Positions 19,289 to 29,151 of a DNA stretch of 58,673 nucleotides are shown here, in pieces (within the stretch, counting starts at the first letter, position 1; each line of letters opens with the position of its first letter). Below the pieces are notes generated by a model. That model ran no database searches. It was not told where the DNA came from and saw nothing but the letters and a program-made list of their open reading frames with translations. The DNA is from Deltaproteobacteria bacterium (GTDB lineage Bacteria; Desulfobacterota; WTBG01; JAGOGO01). The stretch is taken from assembly GCA_016935335.1 (NCBI GenBank), contig JAFGRE010000058.1, positions 1 to 58,673 of the forward strand, given 5' to 3'. A program made the position numbers and the translations under genes.

Positions 19289-19753
19289 CTATATTCTCTC
19301 CATGGCCCCATAAACGCCCTGAAGCCGATCACCGAGTAAGCGCGCAAGGTTTTCCATCACTTTGAAGCCCACGGCAGGATTGTCCTGTAATGCAGCGCGC
19401 AATGCTGAAGCATCGATTGATATCACGTCGGCCTTCCGATTACAGAAAGCCGTCGACATAAGAGTGTGAGATTCTCCCAAAAGGACGGACCAGGAACCGA
19501 ATGCCCTCCCGCTACCCAAGGTCGTAATTCTGACATGTGCCTTTCGCTCACCCAGATCAACGGTTCTCTCCAATGTTACTTGACCGGCAGTGATAATGAA
19601 TATCCTACTGCCTTTTTCACCTTGCTTGAAGGTTGCGGTACCCGCTTCGTAGGTTTCGAGGCGACAAAGAGGCGATAATGGTTTAATCTCTTGCGCAGTC
19701 AAGTTCTTAAAAAGTTCGCACTCCAAGAGCGATTCGATGATCTCCGCTGTCAT
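19289..19753 (-). CDS. stand-alone cyclic-nucleotide-binding domain protein
   Basis: 'LFKNLTAQEIKPL...YEAGTATFKQGEKGSRIFIITAGQVTLER...GSGRAFGSWSVL'. 154 aa, no HTH. Confidence 0.75.
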   Translation of the reverse strand: MTAEIIESLLECELFKNLTAQEIKPLSPLCRLETYEAGTATFKQGEKGSRIFIITAGQVTLERTVDLGERKAHVRITTLGSGRAFGSWSVLLGESHTLMSTAFCNRKADVISIDASALRAALQDNPAVGFKVMENLARLLGDRLQGVYGAMERI

Positions 19754-20000
19754 GGTACGGCCCTCTCTTTGAGCTTTTTGGATGAATGGGGTATCCGTAT
19801 CTATCCTTTTATCGGAACTGGTTAAATGGTGTCAAGAAGATTCGATGCCGCATCGGAGAATTGGTTATGTGTTCAACAATGAGTCGATTTTCCGATCACC
19901 GCCTCCAGGGCGATACCGGGTGTTGCAGTTTTTTCTATTCGGTGGTAAAAGAGCCTTTACCACGCAGGGATGAAGGTGCTTTTTACCGAGGATACCGACT

Positions 20001-21575
20001 ATGAATACGAGCATTCCCCGGACGCTTTTTGTAAGGAAGGATATCGACGGTTTTTTCGGTTTAATGACCGATAATCTGATGCAGTTGATCGTTATCGGCG
20101 CCCTTTGTCAGTCTGTGTGCGGAATGGATGCATCGAGGGTTTTGGGGACGATACTTCCGGGGGCGGCGATTTCGATTGTGATGGGAAACCTTTTCTATGC
20201 ATGGCAGGCCCGTCGGTTGGCCCGGCAAGAAGGGCGGGATGATGTGACCGCCCTTCCATACGGGATCAATACTCCCAGCCTTTTTGCGTTTGTTTTTTTT
20301 ATCATATTACCGGTTCGGATGGAGACGGGAAGTGCTGAGCTGGCCTGGAAAGTAGGCCTCCTGGCATGCTTGGGAAGCGGTATCCTGGAACTGGCGGGTG
20401 CGTTCGTTGCGGAATATGTCCGAAAGCATACTCCCCGGGTGGCCTTGTTGTCAGCCTTGTCCGGCATCGCGATCACCTTTATTGCCATGGACTTCGCTCT
20501 TCGCATCTTCAGCCGGCCCCTTATCGCCTTTTTGCCACTAGCCATCATATTAGCCGAGTACTTTGGAAGGCTTAGGTTCCCCTTGGGACTGCCGGGAGGC
20601 TTGGTGGCATTGGGAACGGGGACTTTGTTGGCATGGGGGCTTCAGCCGTTTGGCTTTAACTACATGGACCCGGGGGAGGTTAAGAATGCGTTTATTCATT
20701 TTCAGGTTCATTTTCCTCATGCCTCTGGCTATGCGTTGTGGGATGTGCTACGAACCGACTATGCCTGGAAGTATATTTCGATTATTTTCCCTATGGGAAT
20801 TATTAACGTGATCGGCTCGTTACAAAACATTGAAAGCGCGGAAGCTGCGGGTGACCGATTCCCGACGATGCCCAGTCTAGCCGTGAACGGAATTGGATCT
20901 ATCGCGGCAGCACTTTTTGGTTCCTGTTTCCCAACGACGATCTATATCGGGCATCCGGGCTGGAAGGCGCTTGGAGCACGGTGGGGATATTCCATCCTCA
21001 ATGCAATTTTTATTGGTTTCATCTGTGTTTCCGGTTTGGTGAATCTTATATTTGCCGTGGTCCCCATAGAAGCCGGGGCGGCAATCGTTCTTTGGATTGG
21101 TATTGTTATTACGGCACAGGCGTTCCAAACGACCCCCACAAAACATGCGCCGGCGGCGGCATTCGGGTTGTTTCCTGCGGTTGCCGCTTACGCTGTTATG
21201 GTGATGGAGACGGCACTGAGAGAAGCGGGCAAGAGCTGGGAGGCGGTCGGTCTTGACACCTTTACTGCTCACGGATTCCATATCTACGGAATGATTTGCC
21301 TGGAGAGGGGGTTTATTATTACCTCCATGATCCTTTCTGCTACGGTAGCCTCTATTATTGAAAAAAAATTTATACGTGCTACGATTTGGACGGTTATTGC
21401 GGCACTTCTTTCGTTTATCGGGATCATTCATTCATTCGCCATAAATGGAAGAGGAATAGTCACGATAATCGGCATCGATGCGGCCCCCATGTTTTCACTT
21501 GGGTATTGCATAATGGGGATTACGTTCTTTGCCGCCCACTTTCTGCAGAAGCATGGAGGACGAGAGAGGCGGTAA
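20001..21575 (+). CDS. NCS2-superfamily (AzgA / xanthine-uracil permease-like) membrane transporter
   Basis: Polytopic, 524 aa. 'DIDGFFGLMTDNL', 'ALPYGINTPSLFAF' resembles the AzgA-type 'APGMGLNAFF' segment. The family call is from memory only. Confidence 0.5.
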   Translation: MNTSIPRTLFVRKDIDGFFGLMTDNLMQLIVIGALCQSVCGMDASRVLGTILPGAAISIVMGNLFYAWQARRLARQEGRDDVTALPYGINTPSLFAFVFFIILPVRMETGSAELAWKVGLLACLGSGILELAGAFVAEYVRKHTPRVALLSALSGIAITFIAMDFALRIFSRPLIAFLPLAIILAEYFGRLRFPLGLPGGLVALGTGTLLAWGLQPFGFNYMDPGEVKNAFIHFQVHFPHASGYALWDVLRTDYAWKYISIIFPMGIINVIGSLQNIESAEAAGDRFPTMPSLAVNGIGSIAAALFGSCFPTTIYIGHPGWKALGARWGYSILNAIFIGFICVSGLVNLIFAVVPIEAGAAIVLWIGIVITAQAFQTTPTKHAPAAAFGLFPAVAAYAVMVMETALREAGKSWEAVGLDTFTAHGFHIYGMICLERGFIITSMILSATVASIIEKKFIRATIWTVIAALLSFIGIIHSFAINGRGIVTIIGIDAAPMFSLGYCIMGITFFAAHFLQKHGGRERR

Positions 21576-21697
21576 CCCGCTGCACCGGAGGTTCATGGTG
21601 AACGGTGAAAGAGTGGGCAGATTATGGTGGCCCTTGAGAAGAGACGCTGATCGGATTCCCCTCTCCGGTTTGAAGTGAGTATACATCTTGAGGGTTT

Positions 21698-22723
21698 ATG
21701 AGGAAGGCCATGAAGGAAGGGATGTTTTATCGGAAGAAAGAGGACAGGACGGTTGAGTGCGGGCTCTGTAACCATCGTTGTATCATCAAGGACGGGGCAC
21801 GGGGAGTGTGCGGGGTGAGGGAGAATCGAGACGGGGCGCTGTTGAGCCTGGTGTACGGAAAGTGCGTTTCTCAAGGAGTTGACCCGATTGAGAAAAAACC
21901 GTTATACCATTTCTATCCCGGCTCGGAATCCTTTTCAATTGCTGCGGTGGGCTGCAATTTTCGATGCCGACATTGTCAAAATTACGGTATTTCGCAGATG
22001 CCCAGAGATCGTGGGGCGATAGTGGGTGACGATGTCACTCCCGAGAAGATCGTCGCAGCGGCGCAATACCATGAATGTGCCTCAATTTCCTATACGTATA
22101 CCGAACCTACCATCTATTATGAATATGCGTATGATATTGCCGCATTGGCGCATGAGCGCAATATCCGGAATGTCTTTGTAACCAATGGATATATTACCTC
22201 CGAAGCTCTTCGCCATATCCGTCCATTTCTGGATGCTGCTAATGTTGACTTGAAGAGCTTCTCCGAAGGGTTTTATCGAGAGGTATGCGGGGCGCGGCTG
22301 CAACCGGTTTTAGATTCACTAAAACTGTATAAGGAACTCGGGATTTGGGTGGAAGTGACCACTTTGATAATACCGACATACAATGATTCGGAAAGCGAAC
22401 TGAAAGAAATCGCCGGTTTTATCGCCAGCTTGGGAGCGGAGACGCCGTGGCACATTTCCGCTTATTATCCGACCTACAAGCTTACCGATCAGTCTCGAAC
22501 GCCGGTTGAAACCCTGCGACGGGCTCGGGAGATCGGTCTTGCGGCGGGACTTCGCTATGTGTATGTTGGGAATGTGTGGGGAGAGAAGGGAGAAAACACT
22601 TACTGTTATTCGTGCGGGAGTCTTCTCATTGAACGGAGGGGTTTTATCATATCGTGTTACCGGATAACGAATAACGCATGTCCTGAATGCGGGTCTGCAA
22701 TTGACGGAGTCGGATTATCCTGA
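21698..22723 (+). CDS. amrS: AmmeMemoRadiSam system radical SAM enzyme
   Basis: 'ECGLCNHRCIIKDGARGVCGVREN', 'DPIEKKPLYHFYPGS', 'GCNFRCRHCQNYGISQ', C-terminal 'CPECGS'. Alternative starts at 21710/21722. Confidence 0.8.
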   Translation: MRKAMKEGMFYRKKEDRTVECGLCNHRCIIKDGARGVCGVRENRDGALLSLVYGKCVSQGVDPIEKKPLYHFYPGSESFSIAAVGCNFRCRHCQNYGISQMPRDRGAIVGDDVTPEKIVAAAQYHECASISYTYTEPTIYYEYAYDIAALAHERNIRNVFVTNGYITSEALRHIRPFLDAANVDLKSFSEGFYREVCGARLQPVLDSLKLYKELGIWVEVTTLIIPTYNDSESELKEIAGFIASLGAETPWHISAYYPTYKLTDQSRTPVETLRRAREIGLAAGLRYVYVGNVWGEKGENTYCYSCGSLLIERRGFIISCYRITNNACPECGSAIDGVGLS

Positions 22724-22726
22724 ACG

Positions 22727-25700
22727 ATGAAGACGATAATCATACGAATCATATTCTTCCCCTATTTTTTTCTTCGCTGGCTGTGGAGGATGAAGTGGAA
22801 GTTCTTTATTGCTTTTCTTCTCCTCGGCACGATAGGAGGGGGGATTGTAGGGGGGCTGTACTATTATTACATTTGCAAGCATCCGGGCAGGGAGTTTTCT
22901 CGCGAAGCGATTATGAACTCGTTGTCAATAGAAACTCCGGTCTATTATGACGACGGGGAAAGTCTTATAGGGGTTTTTTTTGAAAACGAACACCGCATCT
23001 ATATCCCTTACCAGGATATTCCCAAAAACTTTGTAAACGCACTGGTTGCTGCCGAGGATAAATATTTCTTTATCCACCCCGGCATAAACCCGTTCAGCAT
23101 TGTAAGGGCATTCGCTGTGAACCTCCGGGCGAAGATGATTGTTCAGGGGGGAAGCACCTTGTCGCAGCAGACCGCGAAAAATATCTTTAAACGAAAGGGG
23201 AGAACCGTCCGAGAAAAACTGAGAGAACTGATACAAACGCTGAAGCTCGAAGCCCATTTTTCCAAGGAAGAGATTGTAGAATTCTTTACTAATCAATTTT
23301 ATGTGAGCGGAACCGGACGGGGATTGGGCATAGCAGCCAAGTATTTTTTTGATAAGTCGGCAGATGAACTGGATCTCCTTGAATGCGCCTTCATTGCCGG
23401 ATCAGTGCGTGCGCCGAACAAGTACAATCCGCTTATTCAGTCTAGTCCGCAGAAGCAAAACGAAGTGATGCAGCGAGCTGTGAGGCGAAAGAATTACGTG
23501 TTGCGTAATATGGCGGAACTCGGAATGATCTCTCCTCCGGAATATAAAGAACTGATGCATGCGCCCATCCCTTTCAAAAAGGGGAGAATATATTATCGCC
23601 AAAACGTGATCATGGATTTTGTGCGGGAACAGCTTCAATCGGAACAATTTCGGGAGACCTTAACGGAGCATGGCATCAGCAACGTCGCCACGTCGGGGAT
23701 ACGAGTCTACACCACCATTAATAAAGATATTCAGGAAGCAGGCCTTCGCATCATGCGGAAGCATCTGTCTCGGCTCGAAACGCTTATTACCGGATACGAC
23801 CGGGAGGTGGTGCAGTCACGATATGCCCAGGTGGAACTGGGCGAGAAGAGAGAGCCGACGATCGGAGCATTTAGATTCGGTACCGCAGAAGAGAAGGCCA
23901 GAGAAAATAAGAATCCGGTTCTTCTGGTGAGGGTGGGGAAAACATTGTGCAAAGTGGATTATGACGGATTGATGAATCTTGCCTCTCCGTACAAAAAATC
24001 GAAGAGCGGTATATGGGCTGAAGCGACAGCCGGGGACGTTGAAGAGTTGCTTTCTCACATTGAGAAGGGAGATAGTGTCTATGTCTTTGTGAGAGAGAAG
24101 TCACCCGAGGGGAACGTCTTTGTGTTGGACCTGGAGCAGAAAGCCAGACTCGAGGGTGGATTCGTTGTTTTGAAACAAGGCCGGATTGTCTCCCTGGCGG
24201 GTGGATCTGATAATATCAACTTTAATCGCGCTGTCGAAGGTAAACGCCAGTTGGGTTCGATCTTTAAGCCCCTTGTGTATACCGCTGCGGTACAACTGGG
24301 GTGGAATATTGTCGATCCGTTGCCGAATGGGCGTGATGTTTTCGTATTTCAGGATCAGTTTTATTTCCCTCGTCCCGACCATGAGAGCCGTCAGAAGACG
24401 GTTTCGCTCGCCTGGGCCGGAGTGAAATCGGAGAATCTCGCGTCAGTTTGGCTTTTGTATCACCTCTGTGACAAGTTGTCGTTTGCGCAGTTCAAGAAAG
24501 TCGCTGCAGTGGTTGATTTGGCCCCGCGGGAAAATGAACGATACGCTGATTTCAAGCGGCGGGTGAGAGATAGATGGGGTATCATAGCGGCCGAGAACAC
24601 TTTGCGGGAAGTCGCCTTTGAGAGCGCACGGGAAGAAGTCGCAACCGATCTCATATTCGAGGGGCGAACACGGGAAGCGGAAGCCCTCAGATTTCTCAAA
24701 TACGGCAGCGGGTTTGAGGAATATCAGGAGCTTCTTCTTCAGGAAAAGGAGATTTTGTCTCCGAATGAATTGACCCCGAGTGTGCTGCGGGAATACGCCG
24801 TAAAAGACCGTATTCTCAGAGCGCATTTTCTTCGGTACAATCGTCTCAATTCCATGATGCTTGAGGAGTGGGCATACTTGAAGGACGCCTTCTTATATTC
24901 ATTTCCTGACCCTGAGGTTTTTTACGGCATTCTCAGCCGGTTCTACACCGGTTTTGTGAATGGCCAACCAGTGATAGCATACGGGGATGATTTATCCGAT
25001 AAGGGGTTTTCGCCATTGACCTATTCTCATGCCTACGACCTGTTTGCGGGTGAGGTTCAGCCCTTCGTGCCCTCGACGGCTTCCCCGGAGGCGATTCTCA
25101 TTGAGGGCGAGATTCGATCATCAGTTCTATCTCATCTTAAGCAGACCATTGAGCGGGAGTTGCCGAAAGTGACAAGCCAGTCTCCCTATGACATGATGTC
25201 CCTTTGGAGAATCAAAGACTATCGTACCTTGGTCGGCCTTCTCTATGTGGTGAAGCTTTGTGAGAAGATGGGTATTGAAACCGCTTTGGAGCCGGTCCTT
25301 TCTTTCCCCTTAGGTCCGAATGCGGTTAGTATTCTGGAAATGGCCCAGGCGTACTCCACATTGCTTGAGGGAAAACGGGATGTGAGTGAGAACGGCGTTT
25401 ATCCTGACTCCCTTATTATCGACCGGATTGTCGATCCTCAGGGGGAGGAAATCTATCGTTTCATTCCGCACGAGACACAACTCCTCGATACCCGTGTCGT
25501 CACCATGGTTGCTGAGATCTTAAAGAATGTAGTGCTCCAGGGAACAGGGAACAGGGCTCGCGAGGCTGTGACCATGAACCTGGATCTTGGTGTCAAAAGC
25601 AAGCGCGTTGACGTTACCATCTTTACCCTTGGAAAAACCGGAACCGCGAATGAGTATAGTAATTCGAGCTATATCGGCTTTATCCCGACTTTTGCCGAGG

Positions 25701-26128
25701 AGAGTGTCCGGGCGACGCTTCACAATGCGTTTGTTCTTGCAACGTATGTGGGGTACGACGATAATACACCCATGGAAAATGATCGTATTCGAATCTTCGG
25801 TGCTTCGGGAGCGCTGCCGGTCTGGATAGATGTAGCCAGGGAAGTGGTGAAGAACCCTGGTTTCCAGGCTTCCATTGATCCGGTCGATTTTGCATTTCTT
25901 GGAGAGCGGGTGGTATCACTGTCGCAACCCGCAGATACAATCGTGGTCCCGATAGATCCGGAAAACGGCTTGCCTCTTTCTTTAGACAAGTATTTGGAGA
26001 GCAGGACACCTCCGGCTACGTTGTTCACCTATGGGCAATGGGAGGGTGGATTTTTGAGACCGCAGAGGTTTTTTGCTCCATTACCCGAGACCTCATTCTC
26101 CCCGCCCGTTTCTAAGGAGGAAAAGTAA
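22727..26128 (+). CDS. class A penicillin-binding protein (GT51 glycosyltransferase + transpeptidase), unusually long at 1133 aa
   Basis: TM anchor. GT51 motifs 'EDKYFFIHPGINPFSIVRA' and 'GGSTLSQQTAKN'. Transpeptidase SxxK 'SIFK' (aa 511-514, nt 24257-24268), SxN 'SEN' (aa 568-570), KTG (aa 970-972, nt 25634-25642). Confidence 0.85.
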   Translation: MKTIIIRIIFFPYFFLRWLWRMKWKFFIAFLLLGTIGGGIVGGLYYYYICKHPGREFSREAIMNSLSIETPVYYDDGESLIGVFFENEHRIYIPYQDIPKNFVNALVAAEDKYFFIHPGINPFSIVRAFAVNLRAKMIVQGGSTLSQQTAKNIFKRKGRTVREKLRELIQTLKLEAHFSKEEIVEFFTNQFYVSGTGRGLGIAAKYFFDKSADELDLLECAFIAGSVRAPNKYNPLIQSSPQKQNEVMQRAVRRKNYVLRNMAELGMISPPEYKELMHAPIPFKKGRIYYRQNVIMDFVREQLQSEQFRETLTEHGISNVATSGIRVYTTINKDIQEAGLRIMRKHLSRLETLITGYDREVVQSRYAQVELGEKREPTIGAFRFGTAEEKARENKNPVLLVRVGKTLCKVDYDGLMNLASPYKKSKSGIWAEATAGDVEELLSHIEKGDSVYVFVREKSPEGNVFVLDLEQKARLEGGFVVLKQGRIVSLAGGSDNINFNRAVEGKRQLGSIFKPLVYTAAVQLGWNIVDPLPNGRDVFVFQDQFYFPRPDHESRQKTVSLAWAGVKSENLASVWLLYHLCDKLSFAQFKKVAAVVDLAPRENERYADFKRRVRDRWGIIAAENTLREVAFESAREEVATDLIFEGRTREAEALRFLKYGSGFEEYQELLLQEKEILSPNELTPSVLREYAVKDRILRAHFLRYNRLNSMMLEEWAYLKDAFLYSFPDPEVFYGILSRFYTGFVNGQPVIAYGDDLSDKGFSPLTYSHAYDLFAGEVQPFVPSTASPEAILIEGEIRSSVLSHLKQTIERELPKVTSQSPYDMMSLWRIKDYRTLVGLLYVVKLCEKMGIETALEPVLSFPLGPNAVSILEMAQAYSTLLEGKRDVSENGVYPDSLIIDRIVDPQGEEIYRFIPHETQLLDTRVVTMVAEILKNVVLQGTGNRAREAVTMNLDLGVKSKRVDVTIFTLGKTGTANEYSNSSYIGFIPTFAEESVRATLHNAFVLATYVGYDDNTPMENDRIRIFGASGALPVWIDVAREVVKNPGFQASIDPVDFAFLGERVVSLSQPADTIVVPIDPENGLPLSLDKYLESRTPPATLFTYGQWEGGFLRPQRFFAPLPETSFSPPVSKEEK

Positions 26129-26135
26129 AAAGAGA

Positions 26136-27812
26136 ATGGTGCGAATGCTTGCTTATTACTATGGACAGCTTGTGGTTCTCCTTTTGGTTGTAGTGATTGG
26201 CTTTGGGTGTGGTGTGCCACCGAAGAGAAAGGTTGAGACGGTGGAGCCGAAACCGGCTGCCTTGGAACAGAAGTCCCGAGTATTGGTCGATGAGGAAGTG
26301 CAAAAAAAGAACCTTCAGATGGGTGTTGCGAAATGGGAGAGAACGCTCGACGTCCTCATTACTTCCTTGATTGCGACAGAGAAGCGGGAAGACGCCATTG
26401 AAAGCGTTTTTCCGGCAGGAACGCGCCCCCGCCAAAATCGGGGAGATAGCCAACTGTCCTTGTGCCTCGAGAGAATTAAACAAATCAAGGACGTGCAGCA
26501 GCACCTGGCGGGGGAGGCCACGGCAGTAGAACGGGAAAGGATGTATATGGAGTTGGTCGATCATTACCTTTTCTGCTTTACGGCTTTAGACGAGTTACGC
26601 AGAGAATATAGCGTTCCCCGAGTCGACCCGGTGCTGGCAACGAAGGCTATTGAAGATAGTTTCGCGGCCGGCCAATTCTATAAGGTCATTGCCCTCTACC
26701 GTTTCGTTAATGCCCGGGAAACGGCAGGAAGCGGGCAAGAACCCAAGAATGACCTGTGCTATGCACTTTCTCTCATTCAACTGGGATTAGTCGATGATGC
26801 GGTGAAGGTAGCCGAGGAAATAGTTGAGAGCCCTTTTCCCCTTACCGCCGAAAACGCTCCCTACATGTTTAGACTCGGGGAATGGCTTATCGATAGAGAG
26901 CGGTATGACACGGCTGAACTATTTTTTCAAAGGGTTGTGGGATTTTATCGATCGGAACAAGACTGGTATCATAAGGCGGAGGCAAAAGTCGCGCTCTTTC
27001 ACACGAATATTCGGTATTTGAAGGTGAGAAACAGACTTGATCAGGCTATTGATCTCTTGGGGAAGGAAGGGAGTTTCTCCGAGGCGTATTCGCTCTGTTT
27101 GGCGGCTCGAAATGAATGTGTTGACCCTTCGTGTTACCAGGAGGTGGAAAGTGTCCTTAGTCAATTGATAAGTACAACGGTCGTGGGTATGGAAGGGAAG
27201 CTTGCCAAGATCGGTCAGAACATCGAGGAGTCGAATTTAGCCGAAGCTCGTTCACTTCTCTTGGCCCTTGAAGCGTCGTTTCCGGGAGAGAACTATCCGT
27301 ATCCCGTGCGTGAAAAGTTGGTGCTGATTAAAGAGAAGAAACGGGTGCTCCAGCAAATGGAAGGAGAGTGGAAAGACGAAACGGATCGGCTGAAGCTTGA
27401 AAAAGCCGAGCAACTCCTTGAAAGCGCGCAGTATGAGGAGGCGGTGTCTCTGTTCGAGCAGTTGCGGGGTACGCCGTACGAAGGCGATGCGGAGATGAAG
27501 AAACAGGCGGCGATCGATGGTTTCGCGCGTGAAAGACGGACGCAGGCAGGGCAATTGTTTTTTGACGCCGAGCAGTCTGATGATCCGGAATTGCGAAAAA
27601 CATATCTTGTAGAGAGCTACACCCTACTAAAAGACCTGGTTGAACGTTATCCGAACAATAAGTATTCTGAAAAGATCGAAAAGAATTTAGAGGATGTCCG
27701 TGGTGAGATTGAGGAAGCGTTCCCTGATTATTTTTATCGTGATCAAGGGAGGGAAGAATCCCTTCCCCAGGGTGCGAAGGGTCCGTACGATGGCGATGGA
27801 CTCCTGCGTTAA
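26136..27812 (+). CDS. helical-repeat (TPR-like) lipoprotein, function unknown
   Basis: 'MVRMLAYYYGQLVVLLLVVVIGFGCG' lipobox. The remainder is predicted helical and repeat-like. The track start 26073 overlaps the PBP; I prefer ATG 26136. Confidence 0.5.
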   Translation: MVRMLAYYYGQLVVLLLVVVIGFGCGVPPKRKVETVEPKPAALEQKSRVLVDEEVQKKNLQMGVAKWERTLDVLITSLIATEKREDAIESVFPAGTRPRQNRGDSQLSLCLERIKQIKDVQQHLAGEATAVERERMYMELVDHYLFCFTALDELRREYSVPRVDPVLATKAIEDSFAAGQFYKVIALYRFVNARETAGSGQEPKNDLCYALSLIQLGLVDDAVKVAEEIVESPFPLTAENAPYMFRLGEWLIDRERYDTAELFFQRVVGFYRSEQDWYHKAEAKVALFHTNIRYLKVRNRLDQAIDLLGKEGSFSEAYSLCLAARNECVDPSCYQEVESVLSQLISTTVVGMEGKLAKIGQNIEESNLAEARSLLLALEASFPGENYPYPVREKLVLIKEKKRVLQQMEGEWKDETDRLKLEKAEQLLESAQYEEAVSLFEQLRGTPYEGDAEMKKQAAIDGFARERRTQAGQLFFDAEQSDDPELRKTYLVESYTLLKDLVERYPNNKYSEKIEKNLEDVRGEIEEAFPDYFYRDQGREESLPQGAKGPYDGDGLLR

Positions 27813-27820
27813 CGTATGAG

Positions 27821-29146
27821 ATGGGAAACCTTCGGTTAGCGGTCGTTAAATTTTTTGGTGATATGCTATATATACTTTACAATGTGGTGACGCTATTGGC
27901 GTTACCGGTTATCGCCTGCTCCTTGCTTCTGCAGCGAAAATACCGGAACGGATTTGTTCAGCGCATCGGGGTTATTCCCAGGGAAGTTCGTACTCGAATT
28001 AAAGGCCGTCGTCCCATTTGGCTTCATGCTGTTTCCGTGGGGGAGGTTCTGGCCTCGGTTCCGATCATCAAAAAGATCAAAAGCGAGCACCCCGACGTAA
28101 AAATCGTACTCTCCACGATTACCAATACCGGCAATTATACTGCCCGCCAGAAGGTCCCGGAGGCAGACTGTATTATTTACTTTCCTTATGACTACTTTTT
28201 TATCGTAAATCGGGTAATACGCATCATCAACCCGCTTATTTTCATCCATACCGAGACCGAAATTTGGCCAAACTTTTTGCTGGCATTGGAACATCACCAT
28301 ATCCCTTCGGTTATTGTCAACGGGAGAATTTCTCTCAAATCCTGCCGGCGCTATAAGGTGTTTGGATGGTTTTTTAGGCATGTCTTCAATAAAATTTCCG
28401 CATTCGGGATGCAGTCGTTGATTGACTACCAACGGGTGATTGAGATTGGCGCTGCTCCCGAGAAGGTCCTGCTTACCGGCAATATGAAGTTTGATCAGAA
28501 GATCGCGCCGTTTTTCGCCCAAGAAAAGCGGAGATTGTTGGAGGACTTTTATCTTAACGCCGAGGATAAGGTCTTTATCGCCGGAAGCACTCATTCGGGA
28601 GAGGAAGAGATCATCCTTGATACTTTTGCAGAGCTGCTCGGAAAGCATCCTCGATTGGTGTTGGTGCTGGCGCCTCGTCATCCGGAAAGGTTTCAAGAGG
28701 TAGAGAAATTAGTTAAAAACAGAGGCTTTGAGCTGGCCCGGCGAACCCAGATGAAGGAACAAATGCCGCTTGTTCGCCCTCGAGTGATTTTGCTCGATAC
28801 AATCGGAGAGCTTTCGCATGCCTATGCTCTCGGGGATGTTATTTTTGTTGGTGGAAGCTTGGTTAATATCGGCGGTCACAATATCTTAGAGCCGTTGGTT
28901 CACAAAAAGCCGGTCATTTTTGGACCGAATATGCAAAACTTTCCGGAAATAACGCTGACACTCAAGGAATCGGGAGCTGGATTGGAAGTAGCCTCACGAG
29001 AGGAACTGCTCGCGCAGGTTGAGCGGCTGCTTAGCAATGAGTCCGAAGCCGGGGTTTTGGGGGAAAGGGGATTCGCAGTAATTCGGAAGCATCAGGGGGC
29101 CACGGATCGAAACATGGACATAATCAACCAGTTTATCAATCGATGA
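27821..29146 (+). CDS. waaA: 3-deoxy-D-manno-octulosonic acid (Kdo) transferase
   Basis: 'RPIWLHAVSVGEVLASVPIIKKIK', 'ETEIWPNF', 'GGSLVNIGGHNILEP'; 441 aa. Confidence 0.9.
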   Translation: MGNLRLAVVKFFGDMLYILYNVVTLLALPVIACSLLLQRKYRNGFVQRIGVIPREVRTRIKGRRPIWLHAVSVGEVLASVPIIKKIKSEHPDVKIVLSTITNTGNYTARQKVPEADCIIYFPYDYFFIVNRVIRIINPLIFIHTETEIWPNFLLALEHHHIPSVIVNGRISLKSCRRYKVFGWFFRHVFNKISAFGMQSLIDYQRVIEIGAAPEKVLLTGNMKFDQKIAPFFAQEKRRLLEDFYLNAEDKVFIAGSTHSGEEEIILDTFAELLGKHPRLVLVLAPRHPERFQEVEKLVKNRGFELARRTQMKEQMPLVRPRVILLDTIGELSHAYALGDVIFVGGSLVNIGGHNILEPLVHKKPVIFGPNMQNFPEITLTLKESGAGLEVASREELLAQVERLLSNESEAGVLGERGFAVIRKHQGATDRNMDIINQFINR

Positions 29147-29151
29147 TGTTG

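Noticed and set aside
19900-20000. Possible purine riboswitch upstream of the NCS2-like permease
   Set aside because: Only a short 'AAGAGCC' loop resemblance is present. The conserved junction and P2/P3 loop sequences of the purine riboswitch are absent.
27902-28696. 264-aa ORF antisense to waaA
   Set aside because: It lies entirely inside a gene with unambiguous Kdo-transferase motifs and has no motif of its own.
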